26,145 nt of DNA, from IMG/VR virus record IMGVR_UViG_3300006879_000460, positions 1 through 26,145 of that record. One strand, given 5' to 3'. The notes under the pieces were generated by a model. The model was not told the origin of the DNA and made no database searches. It worked only from the letters and a program-made list of their open reading frames with translations. Shown piece by piece: positions 26,145 through 26,145 of the stretch (its first letter is position 1; every line of letters starts with the position of its first letter). The DNA is from a virus (taxonomy: Duplodnaviria; Caudoviricetes). A program made the translations under genes and the position numbers.

Positions 26145-26145
26145 G

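Overview
A 26 kb segment of a Bacillales (Bacillus-type) tailed phage or prophage, with essentially every gene on the minus strand. In transcription order it holds: tape measure (partial), Dit, a LamG+Tal tail protein, two accessory tail proteins, a large GH18 hydrolase, a BhlA/UviB-like protein, a collagen-like protein and a holin. These are followed by a small ribbon-helix-helix regulator, a replication initiator with internal iterons, a DnaC-like loader, DnaB-like helicase, primase, a phage sigma-70 factor, SSB, PolA, a PD-(D/E)XK nuclease, RuvC, thioredoxin, a CwlC-like amidase, B12-dependent class II RNR, PhoH, a CbrT-like B12 ECF S component and an HNH-AP2 nuclease (partial). The most striking signal is non-coding. 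(1) A GTCACA-N16-CCACA motif occurs 9 times and probably defines the phage sigma regulon. (2) The sigma gene's host-sigmaA promoter and leader carry a near-perfect CIRCE (HrcA) element, a perfect cre (CcpA) site and TGTAAAC repeats. (3) A promoter with two LexA boxes fires antisense across the RHH regulator gene. (4) The rep leader shows a plasmid-like antisense/anti-SD switch and an iteron inside its promoter. Together these suggest a CI-less switch integrating SOS, heat-shock and carbon signals. All calls are by eye; no searches were run.
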